The notes below the pieces were generated by a model, which saw only the letters and a list, made by a program, of their open reading frames with translations, did no database searches and was not told the DNA's origin. Of a stretch of DNA of 45,119 nt, positions 43,490 to 45,119 are shown piece by piece. The position numbers and the translations under genes were made by a program. The stretch spans positions 1 to 45,119 of the forward strand of contig CAYXQY010000007.1 in assembly GCA_964466525.1 (NCBI GenBank). Direction: 5' to 3'. This stretch comes from an uncultured Planctomycetia bacterium. GTDB lineage: Bacteria; Planctomycetota; MHYJ01; CAYXQY01. Numbering within the stretch: the stretch's first letter is position 1; each line of letters starts with the position of its first letter.

Positions 43490-43535
43490 TGCTCTCAGCA
43501 ACGGGTGTAAAACTTTTCTTTCCGACCATCGTTAT

Positions 43536-43617
43536 GGGCACTTGGCGGAATTGGTAGACGCGCTGGTCTTAGGAACCAGTGGGTTCTCCCGTGGGGGTTC
43601 GAGTCCCTCAGTGCCCA
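43536..43617 (+). tRNA. tRNA-Leu (anticodon TAG)
   Basis: Acceptor GGGCACT/AGTGCCC, D region GGCGGAATTGGTAGACGC, anticodon arm CTGGT-CTTAGGA-ACCAG, long variable arm, T loop GGTTCGAGTCC, discriminator A. Confidence 0.9.
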
Positions 43618-43651
43618 TCTTTTTCTATCATTATGATTGTTCTTTTATTCG

Positions 43652-45055
43652 ATGAAAAGCAACGTACTTCAAAAGCACAGGTACGAGGCCAATACCAGCT
43701 CATCACCGGTTGAAGGAAAACGAATCGCCTTCGCAAGTCTTGGCTGTGCGAAAGCGCTTGTAGATTCCGAAAAAGTCCTCGGAAAACTTCTGGAAGAGGG
43801 GCTCGTTCTGACGGACGACTACGCCTCCGCGGACGTAATTGTTGTTAATACCTGTGGTTTCCTGGAAAGTGCTGAGAACGAATCGATGGAAGCCATCCGT
43901 GACGCGGTTTCCTACAAAAAAGAAGGTCGATGTCAACACGTGATCGCACTTGGCTGTCTTGCGGAACGCCGGGGGAAGCGAATCAAAAAACAGATTCCGG
44001 GCGTGGACGCGGTCATCGGTGTACGACGGCGTGAGAAAATGAACGAAGCCATACGCGCACTCCTGTCCGGTCTGAAGCGAAAAAACCTCATTCTGACCGG
44101 CGGGGATGAAAAATGCAACCGGGACGTGGGTCGATACCGTCTGACACAGAATCACACTGCCTATATCAAAGTGGCGGAAGGATGTGATAACACCTGCACG
44201 TTCTGTATCATTCCGGATATTCGAGGGGGGCTTCAGAGCAAATCTCTGGATGATCTACGATCCGAGGCCAAAGAACTTGTACAAACCGGTGTGCGTGAAA
44301 TTAACATCATCGGCCAGGACACAAGTGACTACGGGCGTGACATATACGGTGAACGTCGCCTTGGCGAAGCATTGCGGACGATTGCGGACGTGGACGGCAT
44401 CGACTGGGTTCGTCTCCTTTACGCGTATCCCGGCCATCTGCAGGACAACGCCATTGAAGTCATGCGGGATCATCCCAACGTGGTCCCTTACCTGGATGTT
44501 CCGATCCAGCATATTTCGAAGAAAATCCTGAAGCGTATGTCGAGGGGAACCAGCCAGAAAGATGTCATTCAACTGATTGAAAAATTACGGGAACGGATTC
44601 CAAACATTGCCATCAGGACGACGCTCATCGTCGGATTTCCGGGGGAGGGAGAAGAGGAATTTCAGGAATTGAAATCCTTTGTGAGAGAGTATGAATTTGA
44701 ACGTCTGGGTGTGTTTGAATACTCCGACGAGGAAAGTGCACCTTCCCGCAGGCTGGATCAGAAAGTGCCCGAAGCAACAATTGAGGAACGATGGGAGGAG
44801 CTCATGCAGATACAGCGGGACATCGCACGTAAAAAGGCGAAAGAACGCGTGGGGAACTCGGTTGAAGTGCTCCTTGAGAAAGCGGGTGATACCGACCAGG
44901 ACCACCTGATTGGCCGCACGGAATGGGATGCCCCGGAGCAGGACCCCGTCATATACGTAAATAATTGCAACGGTCACACACCGGGGGACATGATCGACGT
45001 AAACGTCACAGGAGCTAATGGATACGACCTGATCGGCGAACCGGTACAGGTCTAA
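43652..45055 (+). CDS. rimO: ribosomal protein S12 methylthiotransferase (radical SAM, MTTase)
   Basis: N-terminal IAFASLGCAKALVDSEKVLG (RimO-type), radical-SAM CDNTCTFCIIP and a C-terminal TRAM-like domain. ATG 43652 is preferred over the ORF track's TTG 43637. Confidence 0.88.
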   Translation: MKSNVLQKHRYEANTSSSPVEGKRIAFASLGCAKALVDSEKVLGKLLEEGLVLTDDYASADVIVVNTCGFLESAENESMEAIRDAVSYKKEGRCQHVIALGCLAERRGKRIKKQIPGVDAVIGVRRREKMNEAIRALLSGLKRKNLILTGGDEKCNRDVGRYRLTQNHTAYIKVAEGCDNTCTFCIIPDIRGGLQSKSLDDLRSEAKELVQTGVREINIIGQDTSDYGRDIYGERRLGEALRTIADVDGIDWVRLLYAYPGHLQDNAIEVMRDHPNVVPYLDVPIQHISKKILKRMSRGTSQKDVIQLIEKLRERIPNIAIRTTLIVGFPGEGEEEFQELKSFVREYEFERLGVFEYSDEESAPSRRLDQKVPEATIEERWEELMQIQRDIARKKAKERVGNSVEVLLEKAGDTDQDHLIGRTEWDAPEQDPVIYVNNCNGHTPGDMIDVNVTGANGYDLIGEPVQV

Positions 45056-45119
45056 TAACGGAAGACATCAGGCTCCACCTATCGAATCTAAATTCCGTTC
45101 AAAAAGATCTACTTATTAC

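Noticed and set aside
43213-43535. Known housekeeping RNAs in the ORF-free region (RNase P RNA, tmRNA, SRP/4.5S RNA, TPP riboswitch)
   Set aside because: I found none of the signature motifs on either strand: no GAGGAAAGUCC / ACAGAA-type RNase P blocks, no tRNA-like 3' end or tag reading frame, no GGAAGCAGCC-type SRP domain IV, and no CUGAGA...ACCUGAUCUGGAUAAUGCCAGCG TPP core. 6S RNA cannot be excluded by eye, but the multi-hairpin layout does not look like it.
1-45119. CRISPR arrays, rRNA genes, IS elements and tandem repeat arrays
   Set aside because: Scanning the intergenic regions by eye showed no regularly spaced direct repeats, no rRNA-like sequence and no transposase-like ORFs.

Overview
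This is a 45.1-kb chromosomal segment from a diderm (Gram-negative-type) bacterium. The diderm call rests on lpxH, a GT9 heptosyltransferase, lspA, murB and BamB-like propellers. It is mostly housekeeping and densely coded, with about 46 protein genes and 2 tRNAs. I saw no rRNA, CRISPR array, transposase or phage genes.

Main blocks, left to right:
- Gfo/Idh/MocA oxidoreductase (partial), Xer recombinase, SufT-like DUF59 protein, RNase HI, dnaB.
- A cyclophilin-like protein next to a DUF62 SAM hydrolase, then a GT9 glycosyltransferase.
- A three-gene succinate dehydrogenase (sdhCAB) with a non-canonical membrane anchor, then lpxH.
- On the minus strand, an S10 ribosomal operon (rpsJ to rpmC) that lacks rpsQ and runs straight into a DksA/TraR zinc-finger gene and lspA.
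- yjbQ, rpsF-rpsR-rplI and xseA.
- An envelope-protein block: a TPR plus beta-propeller protein, a prenyltransferase-fold protein, murB, a double-VWA membrane protein and a BamB-like protein.
- hyuA, a PfkB-family kinase and tRNA-Arg.
- ctaA-ctaB-cysM-JAMM, followed by a CysO::MoeZ::rhodanese fusion gene.
- A CBS/RCK-type ClC channel, a long ORF-free structured region, tRNA-Leu and rimO.

Several near-consensus sigma70-type promoters are visible. Many proteins carry acidic tails, which suggests a halophilic salt-in lifestyle; I cannot assign a phylum from the sequence alone.

The most interesting items are:
1. A complete thiocarboxylate (ubiquitin-like) cysteine or sulfur-transfer system in which the GG-ended carrier is translationally fused to its own E1-like activator plus rhodanese, next to a JAMM protease.
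2. An SDH whose anchor lacks the usual heme-ligand pattern and instead carries a Cys/His cluster.
3. A roughly 320-nt promoter-driven, ORF-free, palindrome-rich RNA candidate upstream of tRNA-Leu.

All functional calls come from motif recognition by eye. No database search was run.
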